A stretch of 64,000 nt of DNA. Origin: Octopus vulgaris. Its lineage: Eukaryota. Below, one piece after another: positions 52,861 to 64,000 of the stretch (positions are counted from its first letter, which is position 1; each line of letters opens with the position of its first letter). Location: assembly GCA_951406725.2 (NCBI GenBank), contig OX597828.1, positions 66,092,001 to 66,156,000 of the forward strand. Reading direction: 5' to 3'. Both the position numbers and the translations under genes were made by a program. Under the pieces are notes generated by a model. The model was not told the origin of the DNA, did not search any database, and worked only from the letters and a program-made list of their open reading frames with translations.

Positions 52861-53875
52861 TCGGAGGAGGTTATGGGATAAAAAATAAATATATTTTATT
52901 ACTGCCAAGTAATATATTTATTATATAAAATAAATAAATAACTCGGACTCAAGAAACTGAGAATATATTCTGTTTCGTGGGAGTTTTTCTTTGCCAACTC
53001 TTTAATAATAAACACTGAGAACCAAACAGGTTTATAAACTGAAAAGGGTTAAAAGGGTCCAAACAGATCTCATTTACCCTTCAATTGCCAAATATTAAAT
53101 AGTAATAAGATATTACAAGGGGTTTAATCGTAAGAATCAAGCACTATCTCCTAACAGAAGAAAATAGACGGTAATGAATCACATTCGGCTGGACAACAGT
53201 TCTTGACAATCATTTACTCAATAATAGAAATAAATAAAATACTGAAAAGTTACAAATTTCTCCAACATTGGAAGATCAAAGTATTTGGTTTATAGACTGT
53301 CTCCACTTCAAGGATGGGCAGTTCGTATTTCCACATGGTCTGTTTTACTATATTTTTTCCTCAAAAAGAAATAAAAATCTGATCTATATTTTCCATTTTG
53401 ATGTTGGAAGTAAATATTTGTCTCGTTCCATCTTATTTAGAGTCTAAATGTGAGCAATGAGACAGACGGTACGATAAAACGGGTGTTGATGATGAGGAAA
53501 TGCAATACAAGTGAGGCTGACGCAATTTCGTAGACGGGAAAAATAAACCAAAATAAGTTTCAGGATAATTATGAGAAAACTTGGAATTTTAAAAGGAAAT
53601 CTTGTTTAAGATTTAACTTACCAAATGCCGATAACGTTAAAAAACAAAACATGGATTGCTGAATGTGATAATCCATGATGAACAAATGTCATCTTAGAAG
53701 TTATAAAAGCTGGTTGGAAGAAGGTGAATCAGGGCCGCTCTTCCCGTGCCATTCCGTTTTGAGGTCGAACGACGAAGCGGTGCACTCAAGGGACGTAATG
53801 CAAAGAACGTTAGGCGAAAACTATGGTAACACATTCGGAACATTATTTAAAATTGTTTAACTTCTTAGAATCGTA

Positions 53876-53879
53876 GGAT

Positions 53880-53944
<65 letters not shown>

Positions 53945-54325
53945 TGATGAAATTATTGTATACAGTGCTCTTTTGAACGGCACATGTCAGCACAATTTCT
54001 AGCTAACTAAACACGGATCTTTTCCTTTAGATAGACAGAATTCAACCCAATTTCTAGCTAACTAAACAATTTGAAACTTCGTATACTGGTAGAATGTGTC
54101 AAAAGAAAACATTATTTTCACTTGGCTTTTTTGATAAATTTGTAATTTGTAAGTTTAACGTAGTTTAATTCTTCGAATTTTAACCAATGAATCGCCAGTA
54201 TTTGAGCTCAAATCATTTTCTGCGTCAAAAATACTGGTAGAATGTGTCAAAATAAAACATTTTTTTCTCTTGGCTTTCTTGATAAAATTGTAATTCGTTT
54301 GTTTAACGTAGTTTAATTTTTCGAA
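53876..54325. mobile_element. degenerate relative of the GGATCTTTT MITE family
   Basis: ggatcttt...tttgaacggca split TIR; a second ggatctttt at 54016; aaacttcgtatactggtagaatgtg core shared with the 10.5-14 kb MITEs and internally duplicated. Confidence 0.65.
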
Positions 54326-54336
54326 TAGATTGATTT

Positions 54337-54913
54337 TGTGGTGTATGCGAGAGATTCGAAATAAAGGCACCTATCTTCCCTTCGCTCAGACGGAGACCCT
54401 TCAGCGGTAATGGATCTTTTAACACAGCCTGACCCGAACACTAGAAATAGCAGTTGCTTCTTCCAACAACATGCTGACCCCGTCTTACTCGCTCGGCGGA
54501 CCTCGATCGAAAAGGCAGAACCCTGCCCTCCCTGCACGAGCGTCACTGCTGCTCCATTCGGTCAGCTCCCCAGCTGCTGACGTCATCCCACACGCCACCC
54601 TGATCTTAAAGATCACAATCTCTCTACTCCATGTCGTTGTCCACCATCCAACCGGGAGGGGCGCCTTGCGCGTCGAGATCTTCTCAAGCTAGATACCTCG
54701 TTCTCCTCCTCTCCACAATCGTCGTCCGACGAGCGACAATCCTGCAAAGGTCCAAGACGTGTCGCAGCATTCCATCCACGGAGACGTTGTTTCTGGAATT
54801 GACCGCCGTCACCGTTCACGACCTCGATCGAAAAGACAGAATTCTGCCCTCCCTGCGCGCGCGTAACTGCTCCCCCTTCCGGTCAGCTCCCCAGCTGCTA
54901 ACGTCATCCCACA
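54337..54913 (-). mobile_element. internally deleted LTR retrotransposon (Gypsy-like)
   Basis: Perfect 5-bp TSD GATTT (54332-54336 and 54914-54918). Full 256-bp LTR TGTGG...CCACA (54592-54337) and first 94 bp of the other LTR (54913-54820). Internal piece encodes LRRSRRARRPSRL (pol C-terminal RRS.R..P.RL motif) followed by a purine-rich PPT-like agggtggcg. Confidence 0.88.
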
Positions 54914-55601
54914 GATTTATTAGAAGAAAATAAGAATTTAAGATTAATGTAAAAAAATAGATAACGCTGAAGCAAGTAACACCAAATATACAGTGCGTGT
55001 GTTTTTATTGGCTAAACTGGCAAAATAACCATTCCGAAATATAACAATATTTGTTTCAACACACGATTTCACATCAAGAATCTTGCAAAACAAATATATG
55101 AACGTAAGAATTTAAAATATTATCGGAGATGTACTTGCAAAGCGAGTGACTCGATCTGAGATCGTGTGCTGGAAAAGAAAACAATTGCAGCGTGGAATGT
55201 GTTTATAAGCCATTTTAAGAAACACACAAAAACCGTTAGATTCACTTCAACATTTAAATTTAATTTGTCAAAATATTTTCGTCGCTTTGGGACCACTGAC
55301 AAAACTTCGTGCTGCATCTGTTTTTTTAAAAATATAACTTTTATATAATTTGTAAACTTGTTGATTGATGAATCGGATTGTGATAATTATGTTCCGTTTG
55401 GGTTTCCATACATGTTGTTAGTTGCCGATTAATGTTTTTCAAATATTTCTACATGTCGAGGCGCGTCCTTTGACTTTGTTACCAACGGATTTCCTAAAGC
55501 TTCGCCGATACTTTGCTGTCAGCTTTTGTGCTTATTTCAGGATAATGTTTTAACAAATTTTCATTACTTAGCGATGTGGAATTCGTCGAGTCGACTTAAT
55601 A

Positions 55602-58600
55602 ATGGCAGATCCATACAGTTTTGGAGACAAAATCGAAGATTACAATGTATTGAATCTGCTCGGCAAAGGAGGCTTTGCATGTGTTTACCGTGCCAAATGT
55701 ATGAGAACCGGACAAGATGTAGCTATAAAAATGATCGACAAGAAACTGATGAAAGCTGCCGATATGGTGACGAGGGTTCGGAAAGAAGTGGAGATCCATT
55801 CTCGTATGAAACATCCAGCAGTGTTGGAACTCTATACTTACTTCGAGGACAAAAATTATGTCTATCTTGTCCTGGAGTTGTGTCATCGGGGCGAGTTGCA
55901 TCGCTATCTAAAAGCATACAACAAAGTTCTTTCTGAGGAAGAAGCTGTCGTATTTATGGACCAAATTATTAGCGGAATGATTTATTTACATTCCCACAAT
56001 ATTTTGCATCGTGATCTAACTCTGGCTAATCTCTTACTTACTCGCGAAATGGATGTGAAGATCGCAGATTTTGGCCTGGCCACTCAACTCCAAATGCCTG
56101 ATGAAAAACACTTTACTATGTGTGGAACACCGAATTACATATCTCCGGAGGTTGCTATGCGTACATCACATGGATTAGAAGCAGATGTCTGGTCCCTTGG
56201 ATGTATGTTATACACCTTCCTTGTTGGAAACCCTCCATTTGATACAGAAGCGGTTAAAAGCACGCTAAACCGGGTTATTATGGTGGAATACGACTTGCCC
56301 AATTACCTTTCTCCGGAGGCCAAAGATCTGATCCAGTTACTATTACGGAAGGATCCGAAAGAAAGAATAGCACTCTCTGAAATTCCCGATCATCCATTTA
56401 TGAAGAAGAGGTATCCTTTGAGCTACAGACATCGGTGCCACCAGAATTGTCACGAAGCTTCGATAGATAGTGGTAAAGGTACGATGAATACAGAGACGAA
56501 CAGCTGGAGCCGTAACATTAGTCATTCAACGAATGGTTCCAGAAGCCGGCCCCTTCTAGGATTACCCATCCAGGAAATACAAAGTTACATCTCAGAAAAA
56601 GACGATTACAGTTCGGAATTCTTTCCAGAAAATACCAATGTGTTTCCACATAAATTTCAACAAGGCAAATATTTGGATATTCACCCGGCTGCTATTTCTG
56701 CTTCGTCTACCCAACATCACAACCGAACAAATCCAAAAGTCGGCATCCAGCCTGCCTTCCACCATGGAAGTTCTACTAAACCACCTCTCCAGTTAGAATC
56801 TCACCAACATAAGGTATTGTTGAACAAAAATCATATTCCAAATTCATATAATCATCAAATAAGTAGACATGATTGTAATTATAATAAGTCTAATAACGTT
56901 CTTTGGGATCGACCTTTTCACGAAATGGCGGATTGTAATGTAGACCCTTCCAAAATTCCAGTAAATTCCAAGAGTACTTGTAGCCTTTCATGCAGTGGAT
57001 CTTTATGTAGTAACAATGCTAACTTGTTATCAAGCGATCCGAGTTCGAGCAGTCAACCAAACTTATCTGATCAGAGCAGTAGCAACTCCTTACACATGCA
57101 GCCCGGTGTTGGCATTGCCTCGGATACCTCGTCAGAAGGTAGCAGTCCAGATATAGCCCTAAGGAAGGAAGGGCATGTAGGGACTCTATCAAAAATGGCA
57201 TTTGGTAAAAACACTAAATTAAAAGAAGAGCCTACTCTTTCTCTGAAGAAAAGAGAGTGTGCTGGAGAAGATTGTGATAGTGGTTTGAAGACTGCAAATT
57301 CTTCAAACCAGATTAAGTATTCAACATCAGTAAGCAATGATCCAACTACTAAAATTACAACTTCATCAAAAAACCGATCCAGCCATAATGCTGAATTACC
57401 CCCAAGTGCCATTTCAGCCCTTTCTTCAATACGATTACGACCCATTAGACAACGTACTAAGACAGCTTTTGTGAGCATCCTTGACAGTGGAGATGTGTGT
57501 TTGGAATTTGTAAAGAATCGAAGCAAAGAGGAATACATAGCAGAGATATTCTTGATTTCTCAAGATGGTCACAATGTGACTATATACCAAGCTAACAATG
57601 GACAAAAATTTGACCCCAATCAAGTCCCCCCTCCCCATTCAGCAAATGTCATTAAAAAAACATTTCATTTGCAATCTCTTCCTGAGAAATACCTGAAGAA
57701 ATACCAGTATGCATCAAAATTTGTTAATCTTGTCAGATCAAAGACTCCAAAAGTGACGCTGTACACCACAAAGGCAAAATGTATGTTGATGGAGAATTAT
57801 CCTGAGCCTGATTTTGAAGTGGATTTTTATGATGGTGCTAAATTTACTATTTCATCTTCGGGTATCAGAATCATCGAAAACAATGGTACTTCTCTTCTTT
57901 TGGAATCTGGTGAAACAGGTCAGTGCTTTAGTAGTGAAACACAAAAACTGTTAGCTTATGTAAAAGATTGTCGTCAACGTTGTATTGAGTTAGAACAAGT
58001 GATAAGTACAGTTGAGCTAAGTTGTAAGACAGTAGATAACCTTTTCCCAATAATAATTGGACGGAAACCCAATGTACTTGTTGCTAATGCTAAAACAGAT
58101 GACCATGATATAGTCAAGAGTGCCAAAGACAGTACCGGTCCCACTATTGTCCCTAGTGAACATCCTACAGATGTAGAGGGTTCCTTAGATGGAACTTACG
58201 CAAACAGTCCATTGATAACTACACAAAACTCAACTTGTAACAGTTCTCTCCATAGAAAATCCTCATTCAACAGGCCAGCCAGCCCTTCTGTTACCACTGA
58301 TCTCACGTCCAGTGCATCTTCCAATCACAGTAGCTGCAACAACTCCTCTCACAGCAACACACACAGCAATAGAATAGTGCGACAGATTTTCGTTCCAAAT
58401 GTTGGTTGGTCGTTCCAGTATATGAATGGGGAGATTTGGATAAAGTTTAACGACGGCACCCAACTCGGTGTGAAGCCTTCAGGACAAACATTTAAGTACG
58501 TAGATGTTGATTGTAAAATGGCCAAGTACCAGAAAACAGATGTACTACCAGGTTTTGTTAAAAAGAAATTAGAAACAGTTCCATTTGTGGTTAAAAGTTT

Positions 58601-58634
58601 GTTGTCAGATAACAGAATGCCTGAGATTCCATAA
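55602..58634 (+). CDS. PLK4: Serine/threonine-protein kinase PLK4 (SAK), single uninterrupted 1010-aa ORF
   Basis: Kinase domain ([55 protein letters not shown]), DSGKGT phosphodegron, cryptic polo boxes ([10 protein letters not shown]...[21 protein letters not shown]...FPIIIGRKP) and C-terminal PB3 (FVPNVGW...FNDGTQL). Confidence 0.97.
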   Translation: MADPYSFGDKIEDYNVLNLLGKGGFACVYRAKCMRTGQDVAIKMIDKKLMKAADMVTRVRKEVEIHSRMKHPAVLELYTYFEDKNYVYLVLELCHRGELHRYLKAYNKVLSEEEAVVFMDQIISGMIYLHSHNILHRDLTLANLLLTREMDVKIADFGLATQLQMPDEKHFTMCGTPNYISPEVAMRTSHGLEADVWSLGCMLYTFLVGNPPFDTEAVKSTLNRVIMVEYDLPNYLSPEAKDLIQLLLRKDPKERIALSEIPDHPFMKKRYPLSYRHRCHQNCHEASIDSGKGTMNTETNSWSRNISHSTNGSRSRPLLGLPIQEIQSYISEKDDYSSEFFPENTNVFPHKFQQGKYLDIHPAAISASSTQHHNRTNPKVGIQPAFHHGSSTKPPLQLESHQHKVLLNKNHIPNSYNHQISRHDCNYNKSNNVLWDRPFHEMADCNVDPSKIPVNSKSTCSLSCSGSLCSNNANLLSSDPSSSSQPNLSDQSSSNSLHMQPGVGIASDTSSEGSSPDIALRKEGHVGTLSKMAFGKNTKLKEEPTLSLKKRECAGEDCDSGLKTANSSNQIKYSTSVSNDPTTKITTSSKNRSSHNAELPPSAISALSSIRLRPIRQRTKTAFVSILDSGDVCLEFVKNRSKEEYIAEIFLISQDGHNVTIYQANNGQKFDPNQVPPPHSANVIKKTFHLQSLPEKYLKKYQYASKFVNLVRSKTPKVTLYTTKAKCMLMENYPEPDFEVDFYDGAKFTISSSGIRIIENNGTSLLLESGETGQCFSSETQKLLAYVKDCRQRCIELEQVISTVELSCKTVDNLFPIIIGRKPNVLVANAKTDDHDIVKSAKDSTGPTIVPSEHPTDVEGSLDGTYANSPLITTQNSTCNSSLHRKSSFNRPASPSVTTDLTSSASSNHSSCNNSSHSNTHSNRIVRQIFVPNVGWSFQYMNGEIWIKFNDGTQLGVKPSGQTFKYVDVDCKMAKYQKTDVLPGFVKKKLETVPFVVKSLLSDNRMPEIP

Positions 58635-58676
58635 CACATTATTCTTCATCTTTCATCTTTTACATTTGGTATATTT

Positions 58677-58806
<130 letters not shown>

Positions 58807-60647
58807 ATATAAAGGTGTGTGTATGTTATCTGACTTGTCACAACAAATTCTATTAATATTTCAAATTTCATGTGGTTTCTTACTCTTCCTTATAGTTTTT
58901 CTTCATTTGTTTGCTAGTTTGCTGAATTTTGATCTTTTCTCACATATTTTAATCATGAAATTTTAATTCCAACTTTTCTCACCCTCTCTCACACCACGCA
59001 ATTTTTCAAACCTTTTTGTATATTTATTTATTAACATTCCTCTATCTCCACTCTATCCTCCATCCACCTTCTCTCACTCTTATCATTTTTCTCCTCTACT
59101 TTTAACTCTTGCAAAAGAATGGCTTTTTTTTAAAAAAAAAAAAAAGACAGAAAGATTGTTTTGTCCCTGTTTGCTGCTCTTCCAAACTAAAAAAATTCAT
59201 TTTTGTAGTCTTCCCTTTTTCAATGTTAAACCATTTTATATGTTGGTTTTAGTGTCTCGAGTATTTATTCATACATTTTTATCTTAATTTAATTACCATT
59301 TCAAAATCATACCAATTAACTCTGCATAAAGAATGGTATGGTGAGAGTAAACTTCACTTTGTCTGCATGCATTAGGGATAAATAAAGGACACTAACAAAT
59401 TAATAGAAACATTATTTCTAAATCTTTCAAAGAGAGATTACTAATAAATTACCTTCAATTATACAATAGACACATCAGGAGATCTTAATTAGAAGACATT
59501 GTTTAAAAGTATAAGAAAACAAAAGCAATGAGAAATCCCTTTTTTTTTTGTGTGTATTTTTTCTATTTGCTCCTCATTTAATTGCTGATGGGTTTTTTTT
59601 TGGGTTTTTTTTTCCATGCTTTATACACCCTTTTTGTCTGCATAATTATCCCCATTTATAGTTTATCACTTAACGACTATTTTGAGATTGATTTTTCTTA
59701 ATGAGAAAAGCTCTTCATCGATTTCTATTCCTGGCCAAATTATCACTGATTCCCAGCCCTTCTTCCCACACCACCACCACCGCTCTTATCTGCACCCCCC
59801 CCTCCAAAAGCAAACTTGTTCACAACTAGAGTTTCCAACCACTCATTGCCGAACATTCACACACAATGCTGTACATACCAAGAATCGATTAACCAAACAA
59901 CTTCATCAACACTATGTGGACTCCACATCATTATTTTATTTATTTTTTACACCCCTCCACAATGATGCACTCAACACACCTGCGCACACTAACATCTTTG
60001 TTTTATTATCATCATCATCATCCTCATCACCATCATAATCATCAACTATTGGCTTCATTTTGCATACCTCTTTCTCTTCCTTTTTTTCCATTTCCACTTT
60101 GTTCATTCCGTCTTGTACATATTCTTTTGTTATTGGTCTTTTGACCTTAAACCAAACAGAACTGACTGACACTTAGACACTTGTATAACGACTAGGATCA
60201 GGTATGTTCTGTATAAAACTGTTTTTCTACTGAGACGTGTATAGCTGCATTTCTGTGTGTGAGTGTGTGTATGCACGTGCATTCTGAATGTGTTTCAAAT
60301 TTGTTTACTCTCAAATATAATTTTTGTATTAAAAGGTTTAAAAATATATAAAACTGCAACATAACAAATTTTATATTATTTTATATTCTATCTATATTAT
60401 CGGTATTAGTTACATTACAGTTGTTGTTTATATATTTTTTATTATCATCAGTGCCATTGTTATTTTTTTTTCATAATCATCATGGTAATTATTAATGATA
60501 ATGATTATATTAAGTCAATACTACTATCAATATTAGTAGTAATGCTACAATTACTATTCTTATTGTTAATGTTATTATTAATATTTATATTGTCTTATTT
60601 TTATTTAATCATATCAGAGTCAATAAAATATATACCAGTAATATGCT

Positions 60648-61998
60648 AAGGTAAGATAGCAAACTGGCAGAATCATTAGCACACCGGGCAAAATGCTTAG
60701 CAGTATTTCATCCGTCTTTGCATTCTGAGTTCAAATTCCACTGAGGTTGACTTTGCCTTTCATCCTTTCTGGTTCAATAAAATAAGTACCAGCTGAACAC
60801 TGGGGTCGAATTAATCATCTTAGCCCCTTCCCTGAAATTCCTGGCCTTGTGCTAAAATTTGAAACCAGTCTAATAGTAATCTAGTGGATTATGCCCCTTA
60901 CCTTCATTAATCCTACCTAATAAAGAAAATGTTAAACTAATATTAATATTTATAGTGCTGTCATGATTTTCATAAGAGGGAGGATATAGTGCAGTAAGTT
61001 TAAACCAGTTTATTACAGGTATTTAACATGAATAAAATAACAATATTAAAATTGGTGTTTTAATATTATCATAGATCCAGCAATCAAAGAACCAGTATTG
61101 TATTGGTTTCTATTTATCAGATTGAACAGAATTACTATAAAGATCAATATTATTATAAAGGTGGTGAAATTGGCAGAATTAATAGAGCACCAGATGAAAA
61201 AACTTGTAATATTTGGTTTTGTCCCTTTATGTTCTGAGTTCAAATCCTGTATCGATAAATGGTTTTGATTCAACTGTTTTTGGTTTTGAATCAACTGTTC
61301 CTTTCCTTGTATATGTGGCCTTGTGTCTAAGTTAGAAGTCATTATTATCTTTATTATTAAGGTGGTGAGCTGACCATATGGTCAGGGCATTGAACAAAAT
61401 GCTCAACAGCATTTCTTCCAGCTCTTTCCATTCTCAGTTCAAATGCCTCCCAGGTCAACTTTGCCATTCGTCTTTTCAGGCTTGATAAAATAAAACTCCA
61501 GTCAAGTACTGGGATCGGTGATATCATCTGATCCCTTCCTCTTGAAATTGTTGGCCATCTGCCAAAATTTGCCAAGCTGGCAGAATCAGTAGCATGCCAG
61601 ACAAAATGCTTAGCTACAGTGTTTCTGGTTTTAAATTCAAAGTTCAAATTCCACCGAGACCGACTTTGCTTTTCATCCTTTCAGGGTCAATAAAAATAAG
61701 TACAAGTTGAACACTGGGGTTGATGTAATCAACTACTCAACTCCCTCAAAATTTCAGGCCTTGTGCCTGTTGTAGAAAGGATTATTATTGTTATTATTAT
61801 TTTTAAGGTGGTGAGCTGACCGAATCACTTGGACACTGGGCAAAATGCTTAGCAGAATTTCGTTCATCATTGTGTTCTGTGTTCAAATTCTGCTGATTTT
61901 CGGAGTTGATTAAATAAGTACTAGTTGAGCACTGGGCTTGATGTGATCGACTATCCCCGTCCTCACAAATTCTAGGCCTTGTGCCTGTAGTAGAGAGG

Positions 61999-62034
<36 letters not shown>

Positions 62035-62410
62035 AAGGGCAGTAGATTGTTGGAATTGTTAGAACATCGAACCAAATGTCTTACAGTATTTTCTTCTGGC
62101 TCTTTATGCTCTGTGTTAAATTCCCACCACAAATTCATAGAATAAAGTACCATTCAAATAATGGAATCAATGTAATCAACTAGCCTCTCCCCAAAAATTT
62201 TAGGCTTTGTACTTATATTAAAAATTAAAATTAAAATGATTACTACTACTACTACTACTACTACATTTTGAGTTCAAATTCCACCAAGGTCAACTTTGCC
62301 TTTCATCTTTTCAAGGTCGATAAAATAAGTACCAGTCAAGCACTGGGGTTGATTTAATCAACTTGCCCCTTCCCCAAAATTTCAGGCTTTGTGCTTATAG
62401 TAAGAAAAAT
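60648..62410 (+). mobile_element. head-to-tail array of about 7 family-C SINEs
   Basis: aaggtggtgagctg.cagaatc.ttagcac..gg.caaaatgcttagc...gagttcaaat...aataagtac...tcaggccttgtg repeated from ~60648, 61158, 61359, 61575, 61805, 62035 and 62265, separated by (TAT)n/(TAC)n. Confidence 0.85.
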
Positions 62411-62520
62411 TATTATTGGTATTATTATTATTATTATTATTATCATCATTGTTATTATTATTATTATTGTTATCATTATTATTATTATTGCTATTATTAT
62501 TATTATTATTATTATTATTT
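62410..62520. repeat. (TAT)n microsatellite
   Basis: Direct reading. Confidence 0.9.
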
Positions 62521-62883
62521 TTTTTTTTTTTATATTTTAATGTTAAAAATATGGTGAAAAAAAGGAAACTAATTTCAACGTTGTTTCAAATTTTTAACTA
62601 AACTCTTCACTTTGATATTATTTATATATACTAGTGTATTTGAAATATCAACATCAAATTCTCAAAAGGAAATATTTATTTCTTAAAGAATGTTGGCACA
62701 CTCAAATAAATATGATTTCATTCTTACACTCAGAAGTTTCTATTTTTTATGTTTTTTTTTTTCTTTCTGATAGTCTTAAAAAGTTAACATAAATTTTTGA
62801 TGTCAAGAATTTTATAAACTTTTGGGAGAACATGAAATAATTCTTTTTTTTTGGAATAGTGGATCTTAAAGCACACATAAAAG

Positions 62884-63221
62884 GTAAAGATCCCACTTCG
62901 GTCACGAATGACTATGGGATTACACGTAGAAAGTTATCCGCCAAGGTACAAGTCTGGGCAAGGTTGTTTACAGAAGGCCAGCAGTTGCCCATGCATACCA
63001 GCCTACCGTCTCCATGCCACCGATGTTACCCAAGGGAAAGGCAAAGGCTGGTACAGCTTGGCACCAGTGACGTCGTAACTCAATTCTTCAGCTAGGTGAA
63101 CTGGAACAACGTGAAATAAAGTGTCTTGCTGAAGAACACAACACACAGTCTAGTCCAGGAATTGAACTCACTACCTCATGATTGTAAGTCTGATGCTCTA
63201 ACCACTGAGCCATGTGCCTTC
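62884..63221 (-). mobile_element. tRNA-derived SINE (family D)
   Basis: Homologous to 7462-7803; flanked by a cacacataaa duplication. Confidence 0.8.
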
Positions 63222-64000
63222 ACACATAAAGCTATAAATAAAATAGAGAAATTTGAAGGATTGCTTTTGTCCAATGATAGGATGCTTGTCATGTCTTCAA
63301 GAGATGTAGGATTGAGTCTCACTGGCAGCTTTCAAATTTTCTCTCCAAAAGGGTTTTTCCATTCCATATTTACATGTTATTATTTATAGCTTTATATGTG
63401 CTTCGCGATCCACTATTCCAAAAAATAATTATTTCACATTCTCTCAAAAATTTATAAAATTTTCATGACATCAATGAAATACAATTCTTGCTGGTAAGAA
63501 ATAATGTTTCTAAAATGGACAGAAGAATTTGAAGGATTACTTTCATCCAAGGTAGGATGCTTGTCGTATCTACAGATGTAGGTATTTGTGCTATGGGCAG
63601 TCTTCAGATTTTCTACAAAAGAGTTTTTCAACCCAATATATCCATACTGTTATTTATAGCTTTATGTGTATTACAAGATACAAAAAATTCCAAAAAATGA
63701 ATTTATTTTACAAAGGAAGGCTGAAAAGTTCATAGGCTGACCAAGATGCTCTCATGGAATGTGACCAAGTGAGGTTTAGTTATCCCCCTTGCAGTCCATA
63801 TACTTCTTCCATCAGCCACTAGGCCATGCACCCTCACACACATACATGTGTGAAGATGCATGCCACCACTTGACCACCACTGCTGACTTGTTTATATCAC
63901 CATAACTTAAAGAGTCAGCAAAAGAAACCAATATTACAAAAAACAAACTTTAAGAAATAAGTACTGAGGGATGATTTATTCAACTAACCCTATTAAAGCA

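Larger units (their letters stand above)
53450..55601. promoter_or_regulatory. CpG-enriched putative divergent promoter region (PLK4 + / HMGCR -)
   Basis: Visibly higher CpG density than the rest of the window; CRE TGACGTCA at 54578-54585; reverse CCAAT (ATTGG) at 55007-55011; minus-strand donor TTG/GTAAGT at 53621-53616. Confidence 0.5.

Noticed and set aside
54499-54913. 94-bp direct repeat first read as a duplicated native enhancer
   Set aside because: Better explained as the two LTRs of a deleted retrotransposon (TSD, TG..CA ends, PPT, pol motif).
57071-57538. 155-aa antisense ORF within PLK4
   Set aside because: Typical shadow ORF opposite a long CDS; no motifs.
59122-59146. A-run as a retrogene poly(A) remnant
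   Set aside because: Preceded by a T-run with no AATAAA shortly upstream and no matching TSD; such runs are common here.

Overview
AT-rich, repeat-dense animal genomic DNA. The SINE/LINE repertoire and (TA)n/(CA)n load suggest an octopus or other coleoid cephalopod; this is an inference. Two protein-coding genes are supported. (1) The 5' part of an HMG-CoA reductase (HMGCR) gene on the minus strand: four coding exons at 10424-10224, 10118-10007, 8037-7950 and 2031-1947. The internal exon sizes (112/88/85 bp) and phases match vertebrate HMGCR, and the gene continues beyond the window start. (2) An intronless 1010-aa Polo-like kinase 4 ORF on the plus strand (55602-58634). The ~45 kb between them has no other credible CDS and is probably mostly the HMGCR 5'-UTR intron, so the genes are head-to-head. 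It is filled with RTE, CR1 and Penelope retroelement remnants, tRNA-derived SINEs, mariner and DD37E Tc1-like relics, hAT-, piggyBac- and GG-ended MITEs and a Helitron. Most notable: the HMGCR lacks the Insig-binding YIYF motif and the K89 ubiquitination site; PLK4 looks like an intact retrogene; an internally deleted LTR retrotransposon with a perfect 5-bp TSD and a CRE sits in the CpG-rich divergent promoter zone; there is an A-B-invA-B rearrangement with microhomology junctions (45246-52860); and several long inverted repeats could form dsRNA in the pre-mRNA. Most entries in the ORF track are artefacts of microsatellites and repeats. I found no clearly new multi-gene system.
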